A DNA stretch of 64,000 nucleotides from an uncultured delta proteobacterium (GTDB lineage Bacteria > Desulfobacterota > Binatia > UBA9968). The DNA lies in assembly GCA_963840855.1 (NCBI GenBank), contig CAWJBB010000040.1:128001-192000 (forward strand), read 5' to 3'. The notes under the pieces were generated by a model. It had not been told where the DNA came from and ran no database searches. It saw only the letters and a list, made by a program, of their open reading frames with translations. The translations under genes were made by a program, and so were the position numbers. Below, one piece after another: positions 19,151 through 28,944 of the stretch. Each line of letters begins with the position of its first letter. Position 1 is the stretch's first letter.

Positions 19151-19331
19151 AATGGCTGATTTGTTTTCAGCCTTACGGCTAGATTTCGATCTCGGATTCC
19201 TTGATCTTCAATTTACCAAGGAACGAAATCGCAAAGTCCGTAATCGTCAGACTGAACTCACGACGAAGTCTAAAATTCGGCCAAGTTTCAAAGAAGGATG
19301 CTCAGTAATGGAGCCAAAACCATGCCGACAT

Positions 19332-19763
19332 TCAGGCGACGACCATCTTGGAGCAGGCACTTTTGAGATCGTGGAGCTTGTTGAAATAGTTAACGCTTGC
19401 CTGCTTTACGTTTTCGTCCCATTCTTCATGCGTGAGTTCCCGCAGATTTGAAGAGTTATTCAACTGTCTGAAATAACGTTCCTCCCAACCTTCTTCTTTC
19501 CCCCGGTAACGCTTTATGAAATAGAAAAACCCCTCCGGTTGAATCCGCGCTACCTCCAGAACGTAGCCGCCTTGTTTGTAGTAGGTGCTGTACGAAACTT
19601 TCCCGGTATCGCACATTCCTTGAAAGACAATCCGTGCCTCTCTTTCATAATCGGGAAGAATCGGATGAGGTCGTTCCATCGCTTCTTCTTGCGCGCTTAC
19701 TATCCAAGCGCAAAGAAGCACGACGACGATCACGAATAGAAAGTAATTAGGCTTCATACCCAT
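19332..19763 (-). CDS. Hypothetical secreted protein
   Basis: RBS ggagg; signal peptide ending VSA; no recognised family. Confidence 0.65.
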   Translation of the reverse strand: MGMKPNYFLFVIVVVLLCAWIVSAQEEAMERPHPILPDYEREARIVFQGMCDTGKVSYSTYYKQGGYVLEVARIQPEGFFYFIKRYRGKEEGWEERYFRQLNNSSNLRELTHEEWDENVKQASVNYFNKLHDLKSACSKMVVA

Positions 19764-19995
19764 GCCTCCCGTGGCCCTTCTTCAAAATGGTTCACATAAA
19801 TAACCCCAAGTATGAGACATGACGATACAATGGCCAATTGCCTTTGCTACGGAAGGCTGGACGCATTCCGGCCGCCGCACGAGGAGTCGTGAGGGCTTGA
19901 ATGTTCTTCCAGGGACACGGAGTTTTGCCCCGGCCAACCGGTCGAGATCCGAAAATTAGTCACTGGACGCCGTCCGCATTCAGTTTCTTTCGTTC

Positions 19996-20289
19996 TCAAC
20001 AAAAGACATACGACGTCAGCTCCACGGCGACACCGAATTGACCGATGCGCGGCTCCATCCGCACCACGCGCGCCTCGCACTGGAGGGTCTCGTCTTCGAA
20101 ATTTAGTAAAAGCCGGATCATGTCTCCGATCGCATATGCGCTCTCGGTCTCAAAGAAAATTCCCGATGTGCTGATATCGCACGTGGTGCCGATCCCATCG
20201 TTCAATTGCATAGGCAGAGCGAGCTTGTAGCGTTCTCCCTTCCGTCTCTCCTCAAAACCGCCAGCTCCTCCCACAGTGCCGCGTACCAT
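19996..20289 (-). CDS. Stand-alone PilZ domain protein
   Basis: RxxxR (ERRKGERY) and DxSxxG (DISTSG) c-di-GMP-binding motifs. Confidence 0.85.
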   Translation of the reverse strand: MVRGTVGGAGGFEERRKGERYKLALPMQLNDGIGTTCDISTSGIFFETESAYAIGDMIRLLLNFEDETLQCEARVVRMEPRIGQFGVAVELTSYVFC

Positions 20290-20371
20290 GGCAGTGATCC
20301 CCGGTTAAAACAATTCATCGAGGGATACATTCTTCTGTGCTGTTCGATATATATCGAAAGATAGGGACTGA
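20146..20371. repeat. Module B copy c (with the intact PilZ gene)
   Basis: Palindrome TTCGATATATATCGAA at 20343-20358. Confidence 0.9.
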
Positions 20372-20718
20372 AGAATGGAGTGATGGAGCATTGGAGTGTT
20401 GGAATGCAGGACTCGGAGATTGCACCGCTGAGACGCCCTTCGTCGTCGCTCAGGACATGCTTTGCCCTTCGATCTTACTCAGGGTGGTGAGTTTGTCGAA
20501 CCACGCCTTTGCGCGAGATATTCCGAGTTTTTGGTTGCGGCGTAGCCGCGCTGAGCCTTTGCGGCGAATACTTCTTCACAGGAAACCGGACTAACCCGGA
20601 AGGTAGGGAGATGAGGGACATATGGAATGGAGTGTTGGAGTGACTCCCTTGTTGCAAAAGATCATTAATACGTATAGTTGACTATAGAACACGTGTCCTG
20701 AAAAGGAAGCCGCAGGAG

Positions 20719-20940
20719 ATGAAAACTAAACTGACACTTACCATCGACGAGGACCTTATTCCTCAAGCCAAGCGGTACGCCGAAGCCCGAAGGGATTCTC
20801 TGTCCGGCTTGGTGGAGAAGGCGCTGCAGGATCTCACCCAAACGCAAGAGATACCTTTTTCTAAGCGTTGGCGCGGAAAATTCAAGGCGTCTCGTCGCGC
20901 GTCAACTCGCTACAAAGCTTTGTCCCGGCGTTATTTATGA
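20719..20940 (+). CDS. Ribbon-helix-helix antitoxin (DUF6364-like)
   Basis: MKTKLTLTIDEDLIPQAKRYA...SLSGLVE; ATGA overlap with the PIN gene. Confidence 0.85.
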   Translation: MKTKLTLTIDEDLIPQAKRYAEARRDSLSGLVEKALQDLTQTQEIPFSKRWRGKFKASRRASTRYKALSRRYL

Positions 20941-21368
20941 TCGTGCTCGTTGATACAGATGTCTTGATTGATGTCGCGCTGGATCGCCGCCCCTTTTCAG
21001 ATCCTGCGGGACGCCTGCTGGACGCGCTGCAAGAAAGGCGCGGCGAGGGTTATGTGGCGTGGCATTCGATTTCCAACTTTTATTACATGGTGGCTCCTAA
21101 GAAGGGCTCTCCGGGAGCCAAGGACTTCATTCGCGATTTATTGCGATTCGTGGGCATCTCACCGGCAGGAACAAGAGATGTCCTCTACGCTATACACCTT
21201 CCGATGGCCGACTTTGAGGACGCGCTGCAATGTGCCGCCGCTGTCCCCTGCCACGCTGATGTTATAGCAACCCGCAACGTTCGCGACTACCGCAAATCCC
21301 CGGTTCCCGCCCGAAACCCCCAGGCCGTTCTCACGGCACTGAAGGGACAAACACAAAACGCCGAGTGA
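20937..21368 (+). CDS. PIN domain (VapC-like) toxin
   Basis: LVDTDVLID, DFEDALQ and IATRNVRDY PIN motifs. Confidence 0.9.
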   Translation: MIVLVDTDVLIDVALDRRPFSDPAGRLLDALQERRGEGYVAWHSISNFYYMVAPKKGSPGAKDFIRDLLRFVGISPAGTRDVLYAIHLPMADFEDALQCAAAVPCHADVIATRNVRDYRKSPVPARNPQAVLTALKGQTQNAE

Positions 21369-21478
21369 TAAGGTCGTGCAGACCGCCACCGCTAAGGATC
21401 TTCGACAAAAATGGCCCCTCTGCTTGACGAGGTGGTGAGTATCAACATAGTGCACAGCACTCCAGCCGGCCGGCTCTT

Positions 21479-22117
21479 CTACACGAGTCCCTTTTCCTGG
21501 GCGTAGCGGGCGAGCTTGGTGCGGCTATCGACGCCGAGCTTCTGATAGATGTTGTGGAGATGGATCTTGACGGTTCCCTCGCTGATGAAGAGTTTCTTGC
21601 CGATCTCCATATTGCGTAGCCCGGCGGCCACCTGTTTGATGATTTCGATTTCTCTCGCCGTCAGCAACTGAGCGGCCTCGTTTCTTGCAGTCTCGCGCTG
21701 GAGCAGTTTTTCCAGGGCGCTGCTCACCGAGCGCTTTTCCAGCCACAGTTCGCCCGCGTGCACTTTCCGGATGCACTGCACGAGAAGCTTCGGCGCCAAC
21801 TCCTTGAGGACGAGGCCGCGCACGCCCAGACGGACCGCCTCGGTCAGTCCTTCTTCGTCGAGCGTAGCCGTGAGAACCACGACTCGCGTAGGCAGTTGCT
21901 CTTTTCTCATCTCCCGGAGCACCACCAGGCCGTCTTTTGCCGGCATCTGAATGTCGAGCACCAAAATGTCCGGTTGGTGCCGGCGCACCGCCTTGAGGGC
22001 CTCGTCGCCATCGAGGCAGCGCGCGACGACCTTGAGATCCTTTTCCAGGCGGAACAGATTCTCCATCGCGTCGAGGATTAAGGGATGATCGTCTGCGATA
22101 ACCAAGGTGATCGGCAT
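21479..22117 (-). CDS. NarL/LuxR-family response regulator
   Basis: ADDH and LDIQMP receiver domain; LTAREIEI...ISEGTVKIHLHNIYQKL HTH. Confidence 0.95.
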   Translation of the reverse strand: MPITLVIADDHPLILDAMENLFRLEKDLKVVARCLDGDEALKAVRRHQPDILVLDIQMPAKDGLVVLREMRKEQLPTRVVVLTATLDEEGLTEAVRLGVRGLVLKELAPKLLVQCIRKVHAGELWLEKRSVSSALEKLLQRETARNEAAQLLTAREIEIIKQVAAGLRNMEIGKKLFISEGTVKIHLHNIYQKLGVDSRTKLARYAQEKGLV

Positions 22118-22118
22118 C

Positions 22119-24833
22119 TCAGACTCGAGACGATGAAAGCGGCAAGGTCACTTCAAGCCGCGCTCCGGATTCGGAGGAATCGATGTTTAGAGCCCCTCCG
22201 AGAGCAGCGACCCGGCTTTTAATTACGACGGGACCGAGCCCCATAGAGGTGAGCGCGGCGTTATCATAGTAACCGCGGAAGGGAAAGCCGCGGCCGTTGT
22301 CGGAAACGGTTACGCATGCATTGTGATCGTCGGCTTGCAGATCCACTTGCACTACTGAGGCGTGCGAATGGCGGGCCGCGTTGACCAGCCCCTCGCGGAT
22401 GATTTGATAGATTTCGCGCGCCAGTACGGCGGGTAGCTGCCCGTCAAGTCCATCCATCTTTAGCTCCACCCGCAGGTGCCATTGCTGCTCAACCGTCTTG
22501 GCCAGCTGTTGGAGGAGGTAGCCTAATTTGAAGTCTATTTCGCCCGGGACCAAGGTGGCGCGCTTCAACTCTTCAATAAAGGAGCGGAGCTCCCGCTGTT
22601 CCCGAACGATAAGATCCTGAACCCCACGCAGTTGCTCCCTAGCCACCTCAGGATCCGCTTTGAGGCCCTGGACTGCGGCCTCGAGGTTTAGGCCGGCGAC
22701 GGCGAGAGACTGGAGCACGTTATCGTGAAGGTCACGGGCGAGGCGGGTACGTTCACGGGCGGCCGCCAGTTGTTGAAACCGCTGCAGCTCAGATTCCGCT
22801 CGTTTGCGCTCGGTGATATCGCGGGCAATCGTTGCAACAGCGGTAATTTTGCCCGTTGCATCCTTCATTGGCGATAACGTGAGAGAAACGTGAACTTGAG
22901 CTCCGCCCTTCCGCACCCGAATGGTTTCGTGCTGAGCCACGGGTTCTCCCTGTTTGATCCTCTCTCGTAGCCGAGCCGGCTCATCGAGACGGTCGGGCGG
23001 AATCAGAATAGAAATGGGACGGCCCGTGGCCTCTTCGGCGGAATAACCATAGGTGATTTCTGCGCCCTTGTTCCAGCTTGTAATAACTCCTTCCAATGTT
23101 GTGCCGATGATCGCGTCATCTGAAGACTCTACGATAGCGGCTAATTGAGTGACCGCGTCCTCCGCCCGCTTACGCTCGGTAATTTCATTTTCTAAATCGG
23201 TGTTAATGGCCTGAAGTTTGGCAGTGTGGCCGGTCAGTGTAAGGAGGAAGCCGCCCAGTAGGCCGGTAAAAAAGAGCCCTCCCGCAAGGACACTCCACGC
23301 CTGCCACCCTCGTTGAGCGATCAGATACTCTTTGGTTGGAGCGAACTGAACTATCCACTGGCGTCCGGCTATATCGAAGGACACGACTCTTTGGCGCGGT
23401 GCGGGTTGAATGCCTTCGTTCTCTTCAACTGGCAGATTCCGTGACTCGAGCTGCTTTGCGCGATGCTCATAGAGCAGACGTTTTTTTTCTCCGCCGCTGG
23501 CGTCGTAGAGACGAATTTCGATGTCCTCCACCTGCGCACCTTTTAGCGCGGTATTCATCATATCGCGAATCCGAAACGCCCCGCTCACATAACCTTGCAG
23601 ATTGAGATGCCGTTCTTGCAGGCTATTCTGGGGGCGTCCGGGTTTGTAGACAGGTAGGAAAACTACAAAACCTCCTTCGCGTTCAGTATCCTGTATCAGT
23701 GTGAGCGGATCAGTGGCTGTTGGCTGCCCCGCATCTCGCGCCCGATCTAAGGCTTCGCGTCTGGTGGGATCAGACGCCGCGTCGAAACCCAAAGCTCTTC
23801 TATTTCCTCTGACCGATTCTAAATAATAGACGGGGATATATTCGGCGCGCCGCGCTGCCCGAACCAACTGCCCCTGTTGGCTCTGTTCGGTGATCTGGAA
23901 GTTACTGAGGCCATCTTCCCGGGCAGCCTGCTCGTAGTTTGCCCGCTCCGCGTCGAGTACCCTGGGACTCCACGAGACTGCGCGAATCCCCGGATGGCGC
24001 GAGAACCAGCGCGAAACGAAAGTTTTGAACTGTTGCCGGTTAATCGGAACCGAGCTCGCATAAAGATTCTCCACTGAATGTAGGATATCGATATGGGTAT
24101 GAAAATTCTCTTGTAACTGTTGGGCCAGCTGGTCCGTGCGACGCTTGAATTCCAGCTTAATTCGATCTTGTTCCCACGCGTTTGTGTAAATAAAAAATGT
24201 GACAACCAGCATAAATGCCAGACACAGCGGCAGGGAGATTTGTCTGCCGTGTGAGAATACGGCTGGTTTGGCTGCCCAGATCAGAATCAACGGAGTAAAG
24301 GTAATGACTCCAATAGCATCGCCCACCCACCAGGTCCACCAGTGGAACAAGTAGTCGACCGACTGGATAACACCGATCAACAGCAGACTCGTCACCCCCC
24401 ATGTGGCATTCACGAGGCAGCTTACCGGGCCTCCCAGAAGCAGAAATTTGATGATATCGCGCGCCTCGACAAACGCGGTCGGATATTGCGTCAAGCGACG
24501 TATCAGGAAAGACCCTACAACGGCCTGTAGCGACGCTCCCATGCCGATACTGGCCGCTAGCGCCGTGGTATTTAGAATCGACGCGGTGCTTGTGGTATCG
24601 AGAGAAGTCCGTAGATTGATTAAAAACGACCCGAGCAAAATGCCCGGCCAGACTCGGTATCCGAACAGTAGAGTACCAGCTAAAGCAACGCCGGATGCGG
24701 GCCACACAGCCGTGGCATACCCCGGGGGGATGGCCAATAAGAGACCAAGTCTACCTACAACATAGTAGGCTGCGGCCATCGCCGCCAGCTTTGCCAGTAG
24801 CTCGGGCCAATGGCGGAAAGATGTGGCTGTCAT
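22119..24833 (-). CDS. MASE1-CHASE-PAS sensor histidine kinase (HisKA_3)
   Basis: WPASGVALA and WWVGDAIG (MASE1); ALGFDAAS..RREAL (CHASE); IVESSDDAIIG (PAS); ERTRLARDLHD, EGLVNAARH and DNGRGF. Confidence 0.95.
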   Translation of the reverse strand: MTATSFRHWPELLAKLAAMAAAYYVVGRLGLLLAIPPGYATAVWPASGVALAGTLLFGYRVWPGILLGSFLINLRTSLDTTSTASILNTTALAASIGMGASLQAVVGSFLIRRLTQYPTAFVEARDIIKFLLLGGPVSCLVNATWGVTSLLLIGVIQSVDYLFHWWTWWVGDAIGVITFTPLILIWAAKPAVFSHGRQISLPLCLAFMLVVTFFIYTNAWEQDRIKLEFKRRTDQLAQQLQENFHTHIDILHSVENLYASSVPINRQQFKTFVSRWFSRHPGIRAVSWSPRVLDAERANYEQAAREDGLSNFQITEQSQQGQLVRAARRAEYIPVYYLESVRGNRRALGFDAASDPTRREALDRARDAGQPTATDPLTLIQDTEREGGFVVFLPVYKPGRPQNSLQERHLNLQGYVSGAFRIRDMMNTALKGAQVEDIEIRLYDASGGEKKRLLYEHRAKQLESRNLPVEENEGIQPAPRQRVVSFDIAGRQWIVQFAPTKEYLIAQRGWQAWSVLAGGLFFTGLLGGFLLTLTGHTAKLQAINTDLENEITERKRAEDAVTQLAAIVESSDDAIIGTTLEGVITSWNKGAEITYGYSAEEATGRPISILIPPDRLDEPARLRERIKQGEPVAQHETIRVRKGGAQVHVSLTLSPMKDATGKITAVATIARDITERKRAESELQRFQQLAAARERTRLARDLHDNVLQSLAVAGLNLEAAVQGLKADPEVAREQLRGVQDLIVREQRELRSFIEELKRATLVPGEIDFKLGYLLQQLAKTVEQQWHLRVELKMDGLDGQLPAVLAREIYQIIREGLVNAARHSHASVVQVDLQADDHNACVTVSDNGRGFPFRGYYDNAALTSMGLGPVVIKSRVAALGGALNIDSSESGARLEVTLPLSSSRV

Positions 24834-25284
24834 CCCTGCTTTCCTGAGGTCTTACACTAATCCCTCAAAGACTTATCGTCTTGACATTCGAGGACATCCG
24901 ATTGCCCGCTGAGGCCGGTTAGAGACATCGAACCAGGATCAGGTATTGGGGTCGTCGTGCCTTGATTCTTATTCTTTGTATGTCTGGATGAAATGCTGTT
25001 CGCCTGCCGGCCAACCATATACGTCGGTAGGGACGTGCCACCTTGGAGGGTGCCACACTTCGCAGGGTGATAGGACGAAGGGATTAAATAATCGCCCATT
25101 GCTCCCATAGTAGGCTGGGAATGGCGTGTTCAGCCCCACTTTTGTTTAAATTTTTACGCTCGCACTATTGCCACAAGTGACCACTCCGTGTCAATGATCA
25201 CGCCGGTCTCCTTCTAAAATTGGGTTGGGGCGGCGCTAATGGCCGAGAGAATCGGGCTCCCGTCCTCAGCCCGACATATACCTG

Positions 25285-25511
25285 GGCAGATCCTTTCCCT
25301 CCAAAAGGAATAACTTCCATATTTTCTTCTGCCCCGCCTATCGAAATCAGAAGACTAGGAAAAGTCTTAAAAATTCGGCCGCCGCTCCAATGCCCGCAAG
25401 CTTGACGCATCCAATGCCGAAAAGTTATTGTCGATTTGATAAAAAAAGATCAACGTGACGATCAACGGACGTCTGTACGAAGAAGACGTCGAGCCGCGCC
25501 AACTGCTTGTC
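25285..25511 (+). repeat. Module C copy 1: duplicate of the coxS-like promoter and first ~25 codons (start codon lost)
   Basis: Direct repeat of 28789-29019, near-identical from agtcttaaaaattcggc to gtcgagccgcgcca. Confidence 0.9.
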
Positions 25512-25599
25512 AAATGACCAAAATCAAAAATTCAAAACCCTGCCTGTTTCAGAATTCGGCTTGGGATTGGACGCCGCACCCGTCGCGCCCGGACCCGCA

Positions 25600-25720
25600 C
25601 CGGCCACACCGCCCGTGGCGTATGCACCATCACTACGATCGAGGATCCCGGCGCGATCCGCGCGATCTTGCAGGTTCGGGGCTGGCCGCCGAGCAAAGCG
25701 CTCGGGCGTCGCCCTCAGGT
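25600..25720 (+). mobile_element. Possible C-terminal remnant of an IS91-like transposase
   Basis: TITTIEDPGAIRAIL resembles the I..IEDP..I..IL C-terminal motif; very short. Confidence 0.35.
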
Positions 25721-25926
25721 GAGCCGGCTATAGCCTATGCTCGACCGATTGGCGCTTGACCCGACGCGACGGCGTCGCAGACCGAGTGCGCGCCTGTGGG
25801 GGGCCTTCTTCGGTGCGGTTGCCCGGACTGGACCACACTTGCGCCCCATGCATGACCACGCTGCTTGATAGTCGCCGGCCGCCGCCCTGGCGATCGGGCT
25901 GGGGGTCGGGGACGCGCGCCATCTAT

Positions 25927-26535
25927 TCAGCGCGGCTGATGGGCGAGATAGTGGGCCAGGGCCCGGAGATCGTCGTCGCGTACCCGGTAGAGCGCGGCGT
26001 TCATGCTGGTATCGCTGCCTGCGCGCGTGTTGTCGCGATACGCCTTCATCGCCGCGACGAGATAATCTTCGGGCTGATTGTCGAGGCGCGGCACATGCTT
26101 CTGGCCGCGGTAGTCCGGCAGATGACAGCTTCCGCAGCCCATGTCCCGGGCGATCGCTGCGCCGCGCGCGTGTAGCGTCGGATCGGGCCGGGAGGCTCCC
26201 CGCGGCGGCGTCTGGCGCGCAAAGTACGCGCAGATGTCGGCGAAGTCTCGGTCGGTGACACCCGTGAACAGCCCCGCCATCTGAGGCACGTCGCGCAGGC
26301 CCTCACGGAACAGGAACATCTGCATCTCGAGAAACAGGTATTGCTGGCCTGCGAGGTAGGGCGTGCCGGGAAGCGGCGCGCGCTCTGGCGTGCCGTGACA
26401 GCTTTCGCAGGCGGCCGCCGTGGCCGCAGCACGTGACGCATCGGCGCTCTGGGGCTGTGCGAGCGCGTCGCCCACCGAGGACAGGACGCACAGAAAAAAA
26501 AAGGCGGGGCGGATGATGTTCATTCGCCGCGCCAT
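25927..26535 (-). CDS. Di-heme cytochrome c4/c553
   Basis: Signal peptide; CESCH and CGSCH; PYLAGQ and PRLDNQ. Confidence 0.9.
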   Translation of the reverse strand: MARRMNIIRPAFFFLCVLSSVGDALAQPQSADASRAAATAAACESCHGTPERAPLPGTPYLAGQQYLFLEMQMFLFREGLRDVPQMAGLFTGVTDRDFADICAYFARQTPPRGASRPDPTLHARGAAIARDMGCGSCHLPDYRGQKHVPRLDNQPEDYLVAAMKAYRDNTRAGSDTSMNAALYRVRDDDLRALAHYLAHQPR

Positions 26536-26549
26536 GGCCGCCCTGCCAT

Positions 26550-27821
26550 CTACTTCTTGTAGCTCACCCTGTAGATGGCGCCCACCTGCTCGTCGGCGAC
26601 GAGCAGTGAGCCGTCGGGCATCTGCAGCACGTCCACCGGCCGGCCCCAGAACTCGTTCTTCCCCTTGTCGAGGAAGCCCGTCATGAACGGCGTGATCTGC
26701 GCGTTCTTGCCGTCGGGCGTGGCCCTGACCGTGAGGACGTCGTAGCCCATCTTCTCGGTCCGATTCCACGAGCCCCGCCGTGCCACGAAGATCGCGTCAC
26801 GGTAGTCGGGCGGGAACATCGTGCCGGTGTAGAACCGCATGCCGAGCGCCGCGGTGTGCGGCCCCAGGGTGACCACGGGCAGGACGACCTTGTCGCACGG
26901 ATTGGCACTCTTGATATCCGGATCCGGCTGGCCGTTCGCGTGGCAATACGGAAACCCGAAGTTCGCGCCGATCATGGTGGCGGGCACGCGGTTCAGCTCG
27001 TCCTCGAAGCCGTCCTCGCCGGCCCAGTCCCGGCCGTTGTCGGTGAACCACAGTTCGCCCGTCTTGGGATGGAAATCGAACCCGACGCTGTTGCGCACGC
27101 CGCGCGCCACGATCTCCATTCCCGAGCCGTCGAGGTTGTAACGGCGGATCTGGCCGTGCACTTCCTTGTTGAGCTCACACACGTTGCACGGCGCGCCGAC
27201 CTGTATGTAGATCTTCTTGTCCGGCCCCAGGGCCAGGAACTTCCAGTTGTGGTGCACTTCCGTGGGTAACTTGAAGGCCTCCGTCATCTCGACCGGCGTG
27301 GGCACCTCGCCCTTGGCCAGGGCAGCCTCGATGTTGTCATAGCGGAACACGCGATGGATGGCGGCCACGTACAGGGAGCCGTTGTGGAAGAGCACCCCGT
27401 TCGGCTGGACCAGCTTCTCGGCGATGATCCGCGACGTGCGCTTGCCGTCCTTGTCCATAGTGGCGTACACACGCCCGATGGTGCGCGTGCCCTGGAAGAT
27501 CGTACCCTTGTCGCCGTGGGCCATCATGCGCGCGCCGGGGTTGCCGTGCGCCCACAGCTCGACCTGGAACCCGGCCGGCACCTGTAGGCTCTTCAGCGGT
27601 ATGTCTTCGGGCGCGGTCACCGTCATTTTGCCCGGATGCCCGGTGAGGTGTGGGTTCTTCATCCGCTCAGGGTAGTAGCCGCCCATGGCTTTCCGTCGCT
27701 CGACCTCTTCGGTGCTGGGCGGTGCCGCGGCCAGGGCGTAGGCCGTCGTCAGTCCGAGTATGACGGACGCGAGCGCGGGGACGAAGGGGTTGCGCAAGCA
27801 GCGTGGCACGAATGGTTTCAT
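26550..27821 (-). CDS. PQQ-dependent glucose/sorbosone dehydrogenase family protein
   Basis: HHNWKF, GAPCNVC, GVRNSVGFDFHP, FTDNGRD, RGSWNR and GRPVDV. Confidence 0.9.
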   Translation of the reverse strand: MKPFVPRCLRNPFVPALASVILGLTTAYALAAAPPSTEEVERRKAMGGYYPERMKNPHLTGHPGKMTVTAPEDIPLKSLQVPAGFQVELWAHGNPGARMMAHGDKGTIFQGTRTIGRVYATMDKDGKRTSRIIAEKLVQPNGVLFHNGSLYVAAIHRVFRYDNIEAALAKGEVPTPVEMTEAFKLPTEVHHNWKFLALGPDKKIYIQVGAPCNVCELNKEVHGQIRRYNLDGSGMEIVARGVRNSVGFDFHPKTGELWFTDNGRDWAGEDGFEDELNRVPATMIGANFGFPYCHANGQPDPDIKSANPCDKVVLPVVTLGPHTAALGMRFYTGTMFPPDYRDAIFVARRGSWNRTEKMGYDVLTVRATPDGKNAQITPFMTGFLDKGKNEFWGRPVDVLQMPDGSLLVADEQVGAIYRVSYKK

Positions 27822-27994
27822 TGTTTCCTCCTGCTCGTCGTCGATTCGCGGCGAGGGATTGCCCGACGCCCGGGCGCGAGGCTCACCATGATATACGCAT
27901 CAAAGCGTACACGCATCAATGGCTCTTGTCCCGGAGGGGGCAGAGCGGCGCTCGCGAGTTCGGTCACGTCTGTTCGCGCTCTTGAGCGACGAGT

Positions 27995-28730
27995 TAAGAA
28001 CGCCCCGACGTTTTGTTTCCTCAAAAACTTTCAGGACTGCCTCAGGATAAGGCTCTTTTGTCTGGTGGTCTTTCACCAGCTCGATACCCTGCATTATTCC
28101 CATGCCGCGAACGTCTCCGATGACCGGATATTTTTCTTTCAGCTCATCAAGCTTTCCGCGGAAATAATCGCCGACCACCCTACAACTCGTCCGCAGATCG
28201 TTTTCTTCGATCACCTTTAGCAGCGCGAGCCCGACAGCACAAGACACTGGATCTCCGCCAAATGTCGAGAATGTCAGTCCGGGAAATGCATCCGCAACTT
28301 CCGGCGTCGCGATCGTCCAGCCGATCGGCACGCCGTTGCCCATTCCCTTCGCCGATGTGGTGATGTCTGGCTCGACGCCATAGTGCTCGATACCGAACCA
28401 TTTGTCTCCCGTGCGTCCCCAGGGAGTTTGAACCTCGTCCGAGATGAACAGCCCACCGTGCGCCTTTGTGATCTCGTGGACGCGTTTGAAATAATCCTTC
28501 GGCGGGACGATGAATCCGCCAACGCCGAAGATCGTCTCGCTCATAAACGCAGCGATCTCGCCGGTCGTGGTGTCTTGATAAGTTCTTCAATATCATTCGC
28601 GCACGCCAGGCCGCAATTGTCCGGCGTTGCATTGAACGGGCAGCGGTAGCAGTACGGAGCATGGGCGTGTACGAATCCCGGAACCTGCGATGCGATCGGC
28701 CGCCAGGTGTGATGCCCGATCGAAGACAAC
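27995..28730 (-). pseudogene. Class III aminotransferase fragment
   Basis: PYCYRCPF, FISDEVQT, PLP Lys in SAKGMGNG and DVRGMG; both termini are missing and there are internal frameshifts. Confidence 0.8.
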
Positions 28731-28907
28731 GCAGTCGCCGACCGTCCGGCGTAAGAATGTCGCGGCACAACAACCTCGTTGTTGCTCAGGCAGATCCTTT
28801 AGCCCATCAACAGGGCAACTTTCATATTCCCTTCTGCCCTACCTATCCAAATCATATAGACGAGGGGGAGTCTTAAAAATTCGGCAGCCTCTCCGATGCG
28901 CGCAAGC

Positions 28908-28937
28908 TTGACGCATCCAATGCCGAAAAGTTATTGT
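28908..28937 (+). promoter_or_regulatory. Putative sigma70 promoter TTGACG-N18-TATTGT, probably leaderless
   Basis: Only 7 nt separate the -10 box from ATG 28945; no SD sequence. Confidence 0.5.
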
Positions 28938-28944
28938 CGATTTG

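Noticed and set aside
25030-25060. Sigma54 promoter from repeated TGGCAC on the minus strand upstream of the kinase
   Set aside because: No TTGC at the -12 position
25927-26535. Cytochrome c as the ligand of the Apaf-1-like protein
   Set aside because: Analogy only. The cytochrome is periplasmic, about 13 kb away, and paired with a PQQ dehydrogenase, which explains it.
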